Positions 1 through 8,804 of a stretch of DNA of 31,123 nucleotides are shown one piece after another (within the stretch, counting starts at the first letter, position 1; the number at the start of each line of letters is the position of its first letter). The notes beneath the pieces are model-generated. The model saw nothing but the letters and a program-made list of their open reading frames with translations, made no database searches and was not told the DNA's origin. A program made the position numbers and the translations under genes. The stretch comes from an uncultured Gammaproteobacteria bacterium (lineage in GTDB: Bacteria; Patescibacteriota; Patescibacteriia; UBA1558; CAZAXS01). The stretch spans positions 1-31,123 of the forward strand of contig CAZAXS010000001.1 of the NCBI GenBank assembly GCA_964489205.1, in the 5' to 3' direction.

Positions 1-792
1 TTTTGCTTTTGCTGAATTACCACCAATTTCTAAATCTTTATTATTAAAATTAAATGAATAAAAACCCGATCTATCAGTTACTGATTGTAAAATATGCTCT
101 TGAGCTGAATTAATCTTTACCGTTATTTCCGCCCCCGGCAAACTTTGTCCGGAAATTATCAATTCTTCACCGTTAGTATAAAAATTCTTGTCCAATTCTA
201 AAGTTGGAGCAATAAAAATACCACCGATATTCGTTGTAGCACCTTTATTTACTTGTAATGAAAAAGTAAAGTTATCAGACTTTCTGTTTTTATTATCAAA
301 ACTATAAAGAGTAAAGAGATATTGTCCTGGTGATAAATCTGACAATGTCGACTTAAACAAACCCTCAGCATCAGATTTAACTTGTGAAACTAATTGGCCG
401 TCTTTTAAAACGGATACGGTACTAGCTGGAAATGACAGACCGGACAAAACAACACTGGCCACCGGATCAATAGTAATACCCAGGCTACTTCCGCCACCGC
501 CACCACCGCTACTACCACCAGTCCCCCCAGAACCACCACTAGAAATTAACGGTGCCTCACTGTTATCATTTTTTGAATCACAGTCAGGGTCAGCAGGATA
601 GTCTATTTTACCATCGGAATCATTATCTAAACCGTCGTAACATTGAGGCCCAGGAATAATATTTACTCGGAAACCCGCCCCTGGAGCACTAATAGAAATC
701 TGAAAAGAAACAAAAAAAACAACAAACAAAAGTATAGTTGTTTTTGCAAACAGAGACGTCTTTCTTAAAAAATTGTTAATAGCAAAAAACAT
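1..792 (-). CDS. Secreted or membrane-anchored Ig-like surface protein, truncated by the window start (264 codons visible)
   Basis: Not in the ORF track; translated by hand from ATG at 792 with no stop before position 1: MFFAINNFLRKTSLFAKTTILLFVVFFVSFQISISAPGAG...QCYDGLDNDSDGKIDYPADPDC...GGSGGTGGSSGGGGGGSS...SGLSFPASTVSVLKDG...SGQSLPGAEITVKINS. It has a hydrophobic N-terminal segment, a Cys-bounded DxDxDG Ca-binding-like motif, a Gly/Ser linker and beta-rich domains. It starts 8 nt after the stop of the 1598-aa gene. Confidence 0.8.
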   Translation of the reverse strand, partial: MFFAINNFLRKTSLFAKTTILLFVVFFVSFQISISAPGAGFRVNIIPGPQCYDGLDNDSDGKIDYPADPDCDSKNDNSEAPLISSGGSGGTGGSSGGGGGGSSLGITIDPVASVVLSGLSFPASTVSVLKDGQLVSQVKSDAEGLFKSTLSDLSPGQYLFTLYSFDNKNRKSDNFTFSLQVNKGATTNIGGIFIAPTLELDKNFYTNGEELIISGQSLPGAEITVKINSAQEHILQSVTDRSGFYSFNFNNKDLEIGGNSAKAK

Positions 793-800
793 TTTAACTT

Positions 801-3800
801 TTAATTAGCGGTTATAGTTATGGTTATATTTAAAGAATAATTACTAGTTGGTTGTTGCGATGGAATTGACTGACTTAAACCAATATTTGTCAAATCCCAA
901 TAACAGCCGATAGCAGCCGATGAATTAGTACTAGCCAAAGTAATTGAATCTACGCTTCCTTCAATGTAAGATGCCTCACTACCAACGGATAATCCGTTAT
1001 TATTACAACCGTTTTTTGGAGTTACATTTGCTAATTGTGGACGGACAGTTAATTGACCACCAAAATTATCTCCATCAGGACCGTCTGAAGCTCCGGACTG
1101 ATTATCATTAAAATCATAACTTCCTGCTGCACTCGTCCAAAGACTGTTTGTGCCGGAAGTTGGCGCTACTGACAATGTCCATAAATTATTCCCCGAGTCA
1201 TTGCTTATTCTAATTTTTTGACTAGAGGCACCAAGAGAACCTGAAGTTGTTTGCCAGACGAATGAAAACGGAACCGTGCTCATCGAAACCGATGGAGTAG
1301 ATACGCTAATGCCCGTATCATCAACAATATCAACAGCCAAAGACCCGCCGCTTAAAGTTGTTTCACCAAAAGATATCGGGAAAGAACCGGAAACCGTTCC
1401 TGAAGAAACCTGAACATCGCTGGTTTGCGAAATTCTAAAAGACACAGTATCGCCCGCATTTGCGTTAGCCAAAATACTAACCACAACGTAAGCACAAACT
1501 TCATCTGTTCCCACGGGCATGGTCCCGGTGATAGTTGCACTTTCGGAAGAAAAACTAGCGCTACTACCAAACTCCGTTTCATTGCCATTATAATTACAAG
1601 TTGGACCATCCTCATACAACAACCTGACGTTTGTTAATGAAGCATTAGCATTAATAGTACCGGTCTCAGTAATTTTTATTGATGTTATATTAGCCGCTCC
1701 TGAACTTCTTTCAAAAACAAAAGCTCCGCCTAAATAAGCATCGGCCGATGGATAACTATATGTAGCAGTTTGCGATCCGTTACCGCTTACTGTTAAAACA
1801 GAATTATCAGGCGTTCTCCAAGCCACATAACGATAGTTATTTGTTCCTGAGGTGTTAACTTCTGCTCCCGTTCCCACCGAGAAACCATTTGATGTGAAAG
1901 CAGTAACAGCACCAGCTATACCAGCCACATTAATAAATGGTATGGAGTTAGCGGTTGACATACTAGAATGCCGGAAAACACCACGAGTCGCACCAGTTTG
2001 TTTAACCCATAAATTATCAGCTTGGAAACCAACGGTAGACACATCTTTTGCTGAACCACTACCGCTATAAGTACCGACAGCAAAATTAGTTCCAGACTTA
2101 AATCCAAAATACCAATAAATATTAGCTGCTGTATTAACGTTAGCTGATGTTCCTATTTGAAATCCATTAGTACTTATAGTCTGTATATTATTAGAGGTGT
2201 CAGCTGTAGCAGCGAAAAAACTGGATGAATCACCACTATGAGAAGAAGTTCTAAAGGTACCACCAGTTGCACCACTACGTTTTACAGTTAACATATCCGC
2301 TTGGAAAGGAAGTCCGGTTATATTAACGTTATCAATTCCATTGCCGTAATAAGCACCGATATAAAAATCTGAAGAACCGCTGTTTGTTTCCGGTTTCCAA
2401 GCATTACCATAAGCCGTCCAATAATAGGTAACACCACTGGAATTTGTGGTTGCGCTTGTACCCACAACAAAACCGTCTTGGTTTAGGGTGGTTATAGCGC
2501 CAGTTAAGTTAGCCGTTGCCGAATCTAAATAAGCACTAGAATCACCAGCCATCATTCTGGTACGAAATACACCCGCTTGAGCTGTATCACCTTTTATAAT
2601 TACCAGATCAGGAACAAAGCCTAGATCGTCAATTGTTTTGGTAATACCAGTACCTGTATACGAACCGCGAGAAATTTGGAATGTACCACTGGAAGACGGC
2701 GTTTTTGAAGCGCCACCAAAAGCAGCGTAAAAATAGGTAACACCCGAACTATTAACGGTTGCGTTTGTACCCACACCAAAACCATCACTATTTAGTTCCG
2801 TAACACCACCCACTACATTAGCCGTATCGGTAAAATAACTGGAATTATTACCATACGATTCGGTTACGTTATAAACACCAGAAACAGCTGTGGTAGCGGT
2901 AGAGTTTTTTGTTAAAACGAAATTAGGTAAAAAACCAACACCGGTTACATTTTTAGCTGTACCCGATCCACTATAAGAACCAACGTTAATTGCTCCAGCG
3001 GTATTTTTAAAAGCAACATAGTAATAAACAGTAGCTGAGGTGTTATTAGTAGCACCAACAGTAAAGCCATCACTATTAAGACTGGTGTACAAAGCACCAG
3101 TTGTATCTTGGTTGGTGTTCATGAAGTACTGACCAACATTAGTTGTCATGGCTGAAGATCGCCAATTAGCCGCGACAGCTGTGGCTGACTTAACCATAAC
3201 CATATCTGGCTGGAAACCAGTGGTAATAGCTCTTGGTGAAGTACCATTACCCACATAACTACCAACACAAAAATTACCACTAGCACTACAGTTAGAACCA
3301 GAAAAAGCTATCCAAGTAAAACGATCATTTGCAACATTTCCATTAGTACCAATAGCCGTAAAGCCATCTTTATCTAACATGATTGTAGCAGAGGTATCGG
3401 CTGTTGCTGGACCAAGATAAGCAGTGTTTAGATTAGGCATAGCTGTGGTTTTAAAAACCGCACCCGCTCCTCCAGTAGAATTAGATTTTAAAATGATCAT
3501 CTGTGGTGAAAAACCAAGACCGGTTATCTGTTTAGCACCACCATTACCAACGAAATAACCAGTTTGAATGTTAAAGGAGGATGATCCGACGGTTGTATTA
3601 GCTCTCCAAGCCACATAACGATAGTTATTTGTTCCTGAGGTGTTAACTTCTGCTCCCGTTCCCACCGAGAAACCATTTGATGTGAAAGCAGTAACAGCAC
3701 CAGCTATACCAGCCACATTAATAAATGGTATGGAGTTAGCGGTTGACATACTAGAATGCCGGAAAACACCACGAGTCGCACCAGTTTGTTTAACCCATAA

Positions 3801-5597
3801 ATTATCAGCTTGGAAACCAACGGTAGACACATCTTTTGCTGAACCACTACCGCTATAAGTACCGACAGCAAAATTAGTTCCAGACTTAAATCCAAAATAC
3901 CAATAAATATTAGCTGCTGTATTAACGTTAGCTGATGTTCCTATTTGAAATCCATTAGTACTTATAGTCTGTATATTATTAGAGGTGTCAGCTGTAGCAG
4001 CGAAAAAACTGGATGAATCACCACTATGAGAAGAAGTTCTAAAGGTACCACCAGTTGCACCACTACGTTTTACAGTTAACATATCCGCTTGGAAAGGAAG
4101 TCCGGTTATATTAACGTTATCAATTCCATTGCCGTAATAAGCACCGATATAAAAATCTGAAGAACCGCTGTTTGTTTCCGGTTTCCAAGCATTACCATAA
4201 GCCGTCCAATAATAGGTAACACCACTGGAATTTGTGGTTGCGCTTGTACCCACAACAAAACCGTCTTGGTTTAGGGTGGTTATAGCGCCAGTTAAGTTAG
4301 CCGTTGCCGAATCTAAATAAGCACTAGAATCACCAGCCATCATTCTGGTACGAAATACACCCGCTTGAGCTGTATCACCTTTTATAATTACCAGATCAGG
4401 AACAAAGCCTAGATCGTCAATTGTTTTGGTAATACCAGTACCTGTATACGAACCGCGAGAAATTTGGAATGTACCACTGGAAGACGGCGTTTTTGAAGCG
4501 CCACCAAAAGCAGCGTAAAAATAGGTAACACCCGAACTATTAACGGTTGCGTTTGTACCCACACCAAAACCATCACTATTTAGTTCCGTAACACCACCCA
4601 CTACATTAGCCGTATCGGTAAAATAACTGGAATTATTACCATACGATTCGGTTACGTTATAAACACCAGAAACAGCTGTGGTAGCGGTAGAGTTTTTTGT
4701 TAAAACGAAATTAGGTAAAAAACCAACACCGGTTACATTTTTAGCTGTACCCGATCCACTATAAGAACCAACGTTAATTGCTCCAGCGGTATTTTTAAAA
4801 GCAACATAGTAATAAACAGTAGCTGAGGTGTTATTAGTAGCACCAACAGTAAAGCCATCACTATTAAGACTGGTGTACAAAGCACCAGTTGTATCTTGGT
4901 TGGTGTTCATGAAGTACTGACCAACATTAGTTGTCATGGCTGAAGATCGCCAATTAGCCGCGACAGCTGTGGCTGACTTAACCATAACCATATCTGGCTG
5001 GAAACCAGTGGTAATAGCTCTTGGTGAAGTACCATTACCCACATAACTACCAACACAAAAATTACCACTAGCACTACAGTTAGAACCAGAAAAAGCTATC
5101 CAAGTAAAACGATCATTTGCAACATTTCCATTAGTACCAATAGCCGTAAAGCCATCTTTATCTAACATGATTGTAGCAGAGGTATCGGCTGTTGCTGGAC
5201 CAAGATAAGCAGTGTTTAGATTAGGCATAGCTGTGGTTTTAAAAACCGCACCCGCTCCTCCAGTAGAATTAGATTTTAAAATGATCATCTGTGGTGAAAA
5301 ACCAAGACCGGTTATCTGTTTAGCACCACCATTACCAACGAAATAACCAGTTTGAATGTTAAAGGAGGATGCTTGTGCCTTACCACTTCCACTACCGAAT
5401 AAACTTTTAATTCCTTTATCAATTACATTTTTGTCTTTCAAAGACTTATACATGACGTCAACCACATTAGCATCTTTTATATGCGAAACTAATTTTTCTA
5501 GCAAAACTTTTGTTGGTAGGTTAGAAAATAAGATTAAACCTATCAGCAAAAACCCGCAAAAACGAAATAGATTTTTATTTTTGCGCCACATATTCAT
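801..5597 (-). CDS. Large surface protein or putative adhesin (1598 aa): long leader, 12 beta-rich ~100-aa repeats (2 x 6), a beta-sandwich domain and a C-terminal WxL-like domain
   Basis: The repeats follow GxYxGxG..I/VT.lGFxP/AD.v.vK ... DGFxVGT ... YY/W.AF. The C-terminal ~175 aa align by eye with the 7762-8463 protein (GxLxVDIVD, SMSxVPFSF, WT[LM]S[VI], DFND, GQ[LM]T, EGxxDSITL, W[DT]L, SQxIP, YxxNxTxTIT). Confidence 0.85.
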   Translation of the reverse strand: MNMWRKNKNLFRFCGFLLIGLILFSNLPTKVLLEKLVSHIKDANVVDVMYKSLKDKNVIDKGIKSLFGSGSGKAQASSFNIQTGYFVGNGGAKQITGLGFSPQMIILKSNSTGGAGAVFKTTAMPNLNTAYLGPATADTSATIMLDKDGFTAIGTNGNVANDRFTWIAFSGSNCSASGNFCVGSYVGNGTSPRAITTGFQPDMVMVKSATAVAANWRSSAMTTNVGQYFMNTNQDTTGALYTSLNSDGFTVGATNNTSATVYYYVAFKNTAGAINVGSYSGSGTAKNVTGVGFLPNFVLTKNSTATTAVSGVYNVTESYGNNSSYFTDTANVVGGVTELNSDGFGVGTNATVNSSGVTYFYAAFGGASKTPSSSGTFQISRGSYTGTGITKTIDDLGFVPDLVIIKGDTAQAGVFRTRMMAGDSSAYLDSATANLTGAITTLNQDGFVVGTSATTNSSGVTYYWTAYGNAWKPETNSGSSDFYIGAYYGNGIDNVNITGLPFQADMLTVKRSGATGGTFRTSSHSGDSSSFFAATADTSNNIQTISTNGFQIGTSANVNTAANIYWYFGFKSGTNFAVGTYSGSGSAKDVSTVGFQADNLWVKQTGATRGVFRHSSMSTANSIPFINVAGIAGAVTAFTSNGFSVGTGAEVNTSGTNNYRYVAWRANTTVGSSSFNIQTGYFVGNGGAKQITGLGFSPQMIILKSNSTGGAGAVFKTTAMPNLNTAYLGPATADTSATIMLDKDGFTAIGTNGNVANDRFTWIAFSGSNCSASGNFCVGSYVGNGTSPRAITTGFQPDMVMVKSATAVAANWRSSAMTTNVGQYFMNTNQDTTGALYTSLNSDGFTVGATNNTSATVYYYVAFKNTAGAINVGSYSGSGTAKNVTGVGFLPNFVLTKNSTATTAVSGVYNVTESYGNNSSYFTDTANVVGGVTELNSDGFGVGTNATVNSSGVTYFYAAFGGASKTPSSSGTFQISRGSYTGTGITKTIDDLGFVPDLVIIKGDTAQAGVFRTRMMAGDSSAYLDSATANLTGAITTLNQDGFVVGTSATTNSSGVTYYWTAYGNAWKPETNSGSSDFYIGAYYGNGIDNVNITGLPFQADMLTVKRSGATGGTFRTSSHSGDSSSFFAATADTSNNIQTISTNGFQIGTSANVNTAANIYWYFGFKSGTNFAVGTYSGSGSAKDVSTVGFQADNLWVKQTGATRGVFRHSSMSTANSIPFINVAGIAGAVTAFTSNGFSVGTGAEVNTSGTNNYRYVAWRTPDNSVLTVSGNGSQTATYSYPSADAYLGGAFVFERSSGAANITSIKITETGTINANASLTNVRLLYEDGPTCNYNGNETEFGSSASFSSESATITGTMPVGTDEVCAYVVVSILANANAGDTVSFRISQTSDVQVSSGTVSGSFPISFGETTLSGGSLAVDIVDDTGISVSTPSVSMSTVPFSFVWQTTSGSLGASSQKIRISNDSGNNLWTLSVAPTSGTNSLWTSAAGSYDFNDNQSGASDGPDGDNFGGQLTVRPQLANVTPKNGCNNNGLSVGSEASYIEGSVDSITLASTNSSAAIGCYWDLTNIGLSQSIPSQQPTSNYSLNITITITAN
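1815..3583. repeat. Copy 2 of a 1769-bp direct repeat inside the large surface gene
   Basis: Matches 3603-5371 at offset 1788. No mismatch found by eye. The two copies are separated by a unique 19-bp junction (3584-3602). Confidence 0.95.
3603..5371. repeat. Copy 1 of the 1769-bp direct repeat inside the large surface gene
   Basis: Matches 1815-3583. The encoded ~590-aa module appears twice in the translation. Confidence 0.95.
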
Positions 5598-6573
5598 ATG
5601 CTATTTTAGACAACTCAGACATTATCTTTTTTGCATCATCAACACTTCCCTCAGGCTTAACTTTTATCATAACCGTTATTAAACAAGGTCGATTGGGAAC
5701 GTAAAAAATTCCTGAATCCAAAAAAACTGATTCATTATACTCCTCGCCTATTTTATGAGAAAAAATTATATCCTCTGGCAAACCAGCGCCTAATAAATGA
5801 TTAAAGTTAGTTTGTGTTAGCCACCTCAACAACATTTGAGAATTTTCTCGACTTAAATAACTGGAAGTATAAAGGGCACGAAATATACGTGAATATTCTT
5901 TGGCAGTGATGTTATAATCCTTATTAAATAAGTCTTCCATGCCTAAGGCTTCAAAAATTTTTGTATAATCATCGCTTGACAAATTACGTACCAATATTTT
6001 ATGAGCCGTATTATCGGAGCTAATTAATGTCTCTTTTATTAACTCTTCAATTGTTAATCTGGTTCCAGGGGTTTTTCGATAGAGCTCGCCAAAACGAGAA
6101 TCTTGATCCTCAGCAAAAAGAACCAATTCATTATTTAATTTCCATTCATCATTCTCAATTTTTTTCATTACCGCAAAAACTGTTGGCATTTTGCTTAAAC
6201 TTGCCGGCCAAAAACGTTTGTCTTGATTAATTGAAACGTTGGCTCCGGTGTTTAAAAATTCAAAATAGACACCGATTTCATGACCCTCGGCTTCATATTT
6301 TTCAACCAACTCTTTCATTCCGTCTCTAACTGGATTTATAGTACTAAAAAAATGTTTTGATTCAATAAAATTTCGGGAAAAATCAACCAAGCTATATTTT
6401 TCCGCCTCGTGAAATTGTTTACTTATTTGTGAATGTTTGTACCACAAATAAACAAAAACTATGTTGCAAAAAAACAAAACAATAATCAAAAAAATATAAA
6501 TTATTTGTGAACTGATAATTGTAAAGTTTTTATCAGCGCTTGGTTGATAATTACCACTTGTCTTTGCTGACAT
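5575..6573 (-). CDS. Membrane-anchored class A beta-lactamase-like serine hydrolase (Beta-lactamase2/PBP-like family)
   Basis: SxxK (ASLSK), SDN (SSDNTA) and KTG-like (HKIG) motifs in the correct order, plus an N-terminal TM helix. Overlaps the next gene by 23 nt. Actual beta-lactamase activity is not demonstrated. Confidence 0.85.
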   Translation of the reverse strand: MSAKTSGNYQPSADKNFTIISSQIIYIFLIIVLFFCNIVFVYLWYKHSQISKQFHEAEKYSLVDFSRNFIESKHFFSTINPVRDGMKELVEKYEAEGHEIGVYFEFLNTGANVSINQDKRFWPASLSKMPTVFAVMKKIENDEWKLNNELVLFAEDQDSRFGELYRKTPGTRLTIEELIKETLISSDNTAHKILVRNLSSDDYTKIFEALGMEDLFNKDYNITAKEYSRIFRALYTSSYLSRENSQMLLRWLTQTNFNHLLGAGLPEDIIFSHKIGEEYNESVFLDSGIFYVPNRPCLITVMIKVKPEGSVDDAKKIMSELSKIAYEYVAQK

Positions 6574-6603
6574 AGTTTTAAAACTACATTAAATTGATCT
6601 TGT

Positions 6604-7749
6604 CTATTTAGACGACGGTGTTTTTAATTTTTGCCCTGAACGCAGTGTATATGGAGCTTTAATTTTATTAACTTTTGCTAAAAGCTTCCAAGAAACACCA
6701 TATTTATCAGCGATTGTTTTTAAATCATCACCACTTTTAACTTGAATTTCTGACCAGGTCGTTTCAATTAATTGATTTCTTTTTTTGTTCTTGTAAACAA
6801 CTAACAACAATAACCCTAACAAAACTACAATTAACACCTCTATTATTAACGCCGGTATTGTTGGTAAAACAATAAAATTAGCTGACTTTTGGGACAAACT
6901 AATTTTTTGTTGCTCTGAAACATTTTGACCAATTTCAGCCTTTTGATCGTCTTGATAATCAACTGTTAATTCCGAATGATAAACACCACCCCAAAAAGGT
7001 TTTTTAACTTCAAAATTCCACTCAGCCACCTCACCTCTTAAAACTGGAAAAACACCACCTTGTTCCGCGTGTTTAAAACCAAATAAATTTTTTGTTACAA
7101 CCTTAATATCGGCATCTATTGATACATTGCCCAAATTTTTAACCGCTGGTTTTATGTTAATAGATCCATCGCTTTGCCTTTCAACATCCAACGAGCTAAT
7201 TTCTAACTTTTTAACTATTTCTCCTGGTATGGTAATTGCCACCCGCAAACCAGTTCTAAAACTTAGATTAACACCAGCTTGATCTTGGTCAGAATCTTTT
7301 TTTTCCTGAATAACAATACAACCATTATGTTCACCAACAGAAGCGTTTTTAGGAACGTTTATATTAAAATCCACAATCTCGTTTGCACCAGGATTTAAAG
7401 AAACCTCTGAGTCAGCTAATTCAATCCACTCACCGACATCCGTTTTACTTTCAACCATTTGTCGACAAGCAAATGAACCGCCCGACGACACAACCGAATC
7501 AACCGCATAAACTTGTAAAGTTTTTCTTTCCGACGAATTATTTACTAATAAAACACCTTCCTCTTGTTTTTGACCTGGTTCAAGAGTATGAATAAAAATA
7601 GACTCCGTTCTAGAATTATCTTCTCGCGGATAAGCCGGACGACCACCAATACCACCATATTCAATAGCAAAAACAACCATGGAATTTACAGCAAAAAATG
7701 TTGAAGCGATTGCCAACAAAAATAGAAAACGGAGTTTTTTTATTAACAT
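6604..7749 (-). CDS. DUF916/DUF3324-like (WxL-interacting-protein-like) surface protein with a C-terminal TM helix and LysM domain
   Basis: Signal peptide ending VVFA. N-domain F..TLEPGQ....V.LVNNS......VYAVD...W I.L....V.L.PG....V.F.I.VP.NA..G.H.G.IV is typical of DUF916. A second beta domain (VKNLGNV..DA) follows, then a TM helix (IIEVLIVVLLGLLLLVVY) and a LysM (VKSGDDLKTIADKYGVSWKLLAKVNKIKAPYTLRSGQKLKTP). Confidence 0.8.
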   Translation of the reverse strand: MLIKKLRFLFLLAIASTFFAVNSMVVFAIEYGGIGGRPAYPREDNSRTESIFIHTLEPGQKQEEGVLLVNNSSERKTLQVYAVDSVVSSGGSFACRQMVESKTDVGEWIELADSEVSLNPGANEIVDFNINVPKNASVGEHNGCIVIQEKKDSDQDQAGVNLSFRTGLRVAITIPGEIVKKLEISSLDVERQSDGSINIKPAVKNLGNVSIDADIKVVTKNLFGFKHAEQGGVFPVLRGEVAEWNFEVKKPFWGGVYHSELTVDYQDDQKAEIGQNVSEQQKISLSQKSANFIVLPTIPALIIEVLIVVLLGLLLLVVYKNKKRNQLIETTWSEIQVKSGDDLKTIADKYGVSWKLLAKVNKIKAPYTLRSGQKLKTPSSK

Positions 7750-7761
7750 AAACTAAAAATA

Positions 7762-8463
7762 CTAAGAAGCAGTGATTGTTAAAGTTAGATTGATTTTATA
7801 ATCATTAGCTGCTGGCTGTTCTCCAGGAATTTTTTGAGAAACAGAAACATTTCTTAGCGTCCAATCGCCAATATCATCCGAACCAGCGGCAGCGTTTAAT
7901 AAAGTAATACTATCGGTTGTTCCTTCAACAAAAGAAGCGGACGAACCTTTGCTAATATTTGTTGTATTACAAGTAGTACAAGTACCTTTGGCAAGTGTCG
8001 CGCCAGAAGCATCAATCGTCATTTGACCTTTGTACGAGTCAGCGTCAGCACCATCACCACAACCAGCGGTTGTACTATCATTAAAATCAAAATTTAAAGC
8101 ACCGCTTGTCCACGATGCAGTTGGAGCTGAGCCCGCAATCGACATTGTCCAACCATTATCAGCAGCGTCAGGGTTTTTTACATAAATTTGTTGAGTAGCA
8201 CTACCAAAAGCTCCACTTGATGTTTGACAGTCAAAACTAAAAGGAACAGCCGACATGGTAAAAGACGGCGTTGCCACAGAAACATAAGAACCATCAACAA
8301 TATCAACCGATAAAGTTCCTGGATTAATTGCCTGAGTTAACTCACTGGTTGAAGCGGCGTAAACATAAGCACTTCCACCTAAAAGACTCAATACAGTTAA
8401 AACTGCAAGAGGTATTTTGACTAACTTATTCTTAGTCAAACCATATAAAATTGGTTTATTCAT
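7762..8463 (-). CDS. Small secreted WxL-like protein (possible pilin or surface subunit)
   Basis: Start moved from GTG 8490 to ATG 8463. Signal peptide ends AYVYA. Shows the WxL-like pattern GTLSV...P.F...V.N....GWTMSI...SQKIP..Y...LTLTIT. Homologous to the C-terminus of the 1598-aa protein and located directly upstream of the DUF916-like gene. Confidence 0.75.
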   Translation of the reverse strand: MNKPILYGLTKNKLVKIPLAVLTVLSLLGGSAYVYAASTSELTQAINPGTLSVDIVDGSYVSVATPSFTMSAVPFSFDCQTSSGAFGSATQQIYVKNPDAADNGWTMSIAGSAPTASWTSGALNFDFNDSTTAGCGDGADADSYKGQMTIDASGATLAKGTCTTCNTTNISKGSSASFVEGTTDSITLLNAAAGSDDIGDWTLRNVSVSQKIPGEQPAANDYKINLTLTITAS

Positions 8464-8505
8464 ATTTATTTTTTTATTAAGAAATGGCACTAATTAGCCA
8501 ATATA

Positions 8506-8534
8506 ATTATAACACAAAAATACTTATCTATTAA
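8506..8534 (-). promoter_or_regulatory. Putative sigma70 promoter of the WxL-like operon
   Basis: Minus strand reads TTAATA-17 nt-TATAAT with an extended -10 (TGtTATAAT), about 40 nt before the ATG at 8463. Confidence 0.55.
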
Positions 8535-8622
8535 AACTAGGTTATACACAGAACGGGTCGGGGCTTATTATTTCAGCTCTTTGAAAAATTTATAATAATT
8601 TTATACTTTTTATTAATACGGA

Positions 8623-8696
8623 ATAATAGGGTATATCACCTTCCTTGCCGAATTTACCCAAAGAGGAGTAGATAGGTTCGAGCCCCATTTGTTATT
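8623..8696 (+). pseudogene. Possible degenerate tRNA-like relic
   Basis: T-arm-like ATAGG-TTCGAGC-CCCAT (one mismatch) and acceptor-like pairing ATAATAG/TTGTTAT. No proper D-arm, no clean anticodon arm and no CCA. Confidence 0.25.
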
Positions 8697-8804
8697 ATTT
8701 CTATAAATTAAAAAATACCAACGTAATGTTGATATTCTTTAATTGGCTCTCTCAGCTATAACAATATTATAACCTTGCTAAAACTACTTAATTCTAAAGA
8801 GTTA

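Noticed and set aside
1352-3895. Short ORFs inside the large surface gene (1352-1615, 1425-1637, 1852-2070, 1916-2107, 3640-3858, 3704-3895)
   Set aside because: They are antisense or alternate-frame shadows with no recognisable motifs. Their duplication simply reflects the 1769-bp repeat.
5356-7595. Plus-strand ORFs 5356-5682, 6027-6230 and 7383-7595
   Set aside because: They are antisense to well-supported genes and have no family features.
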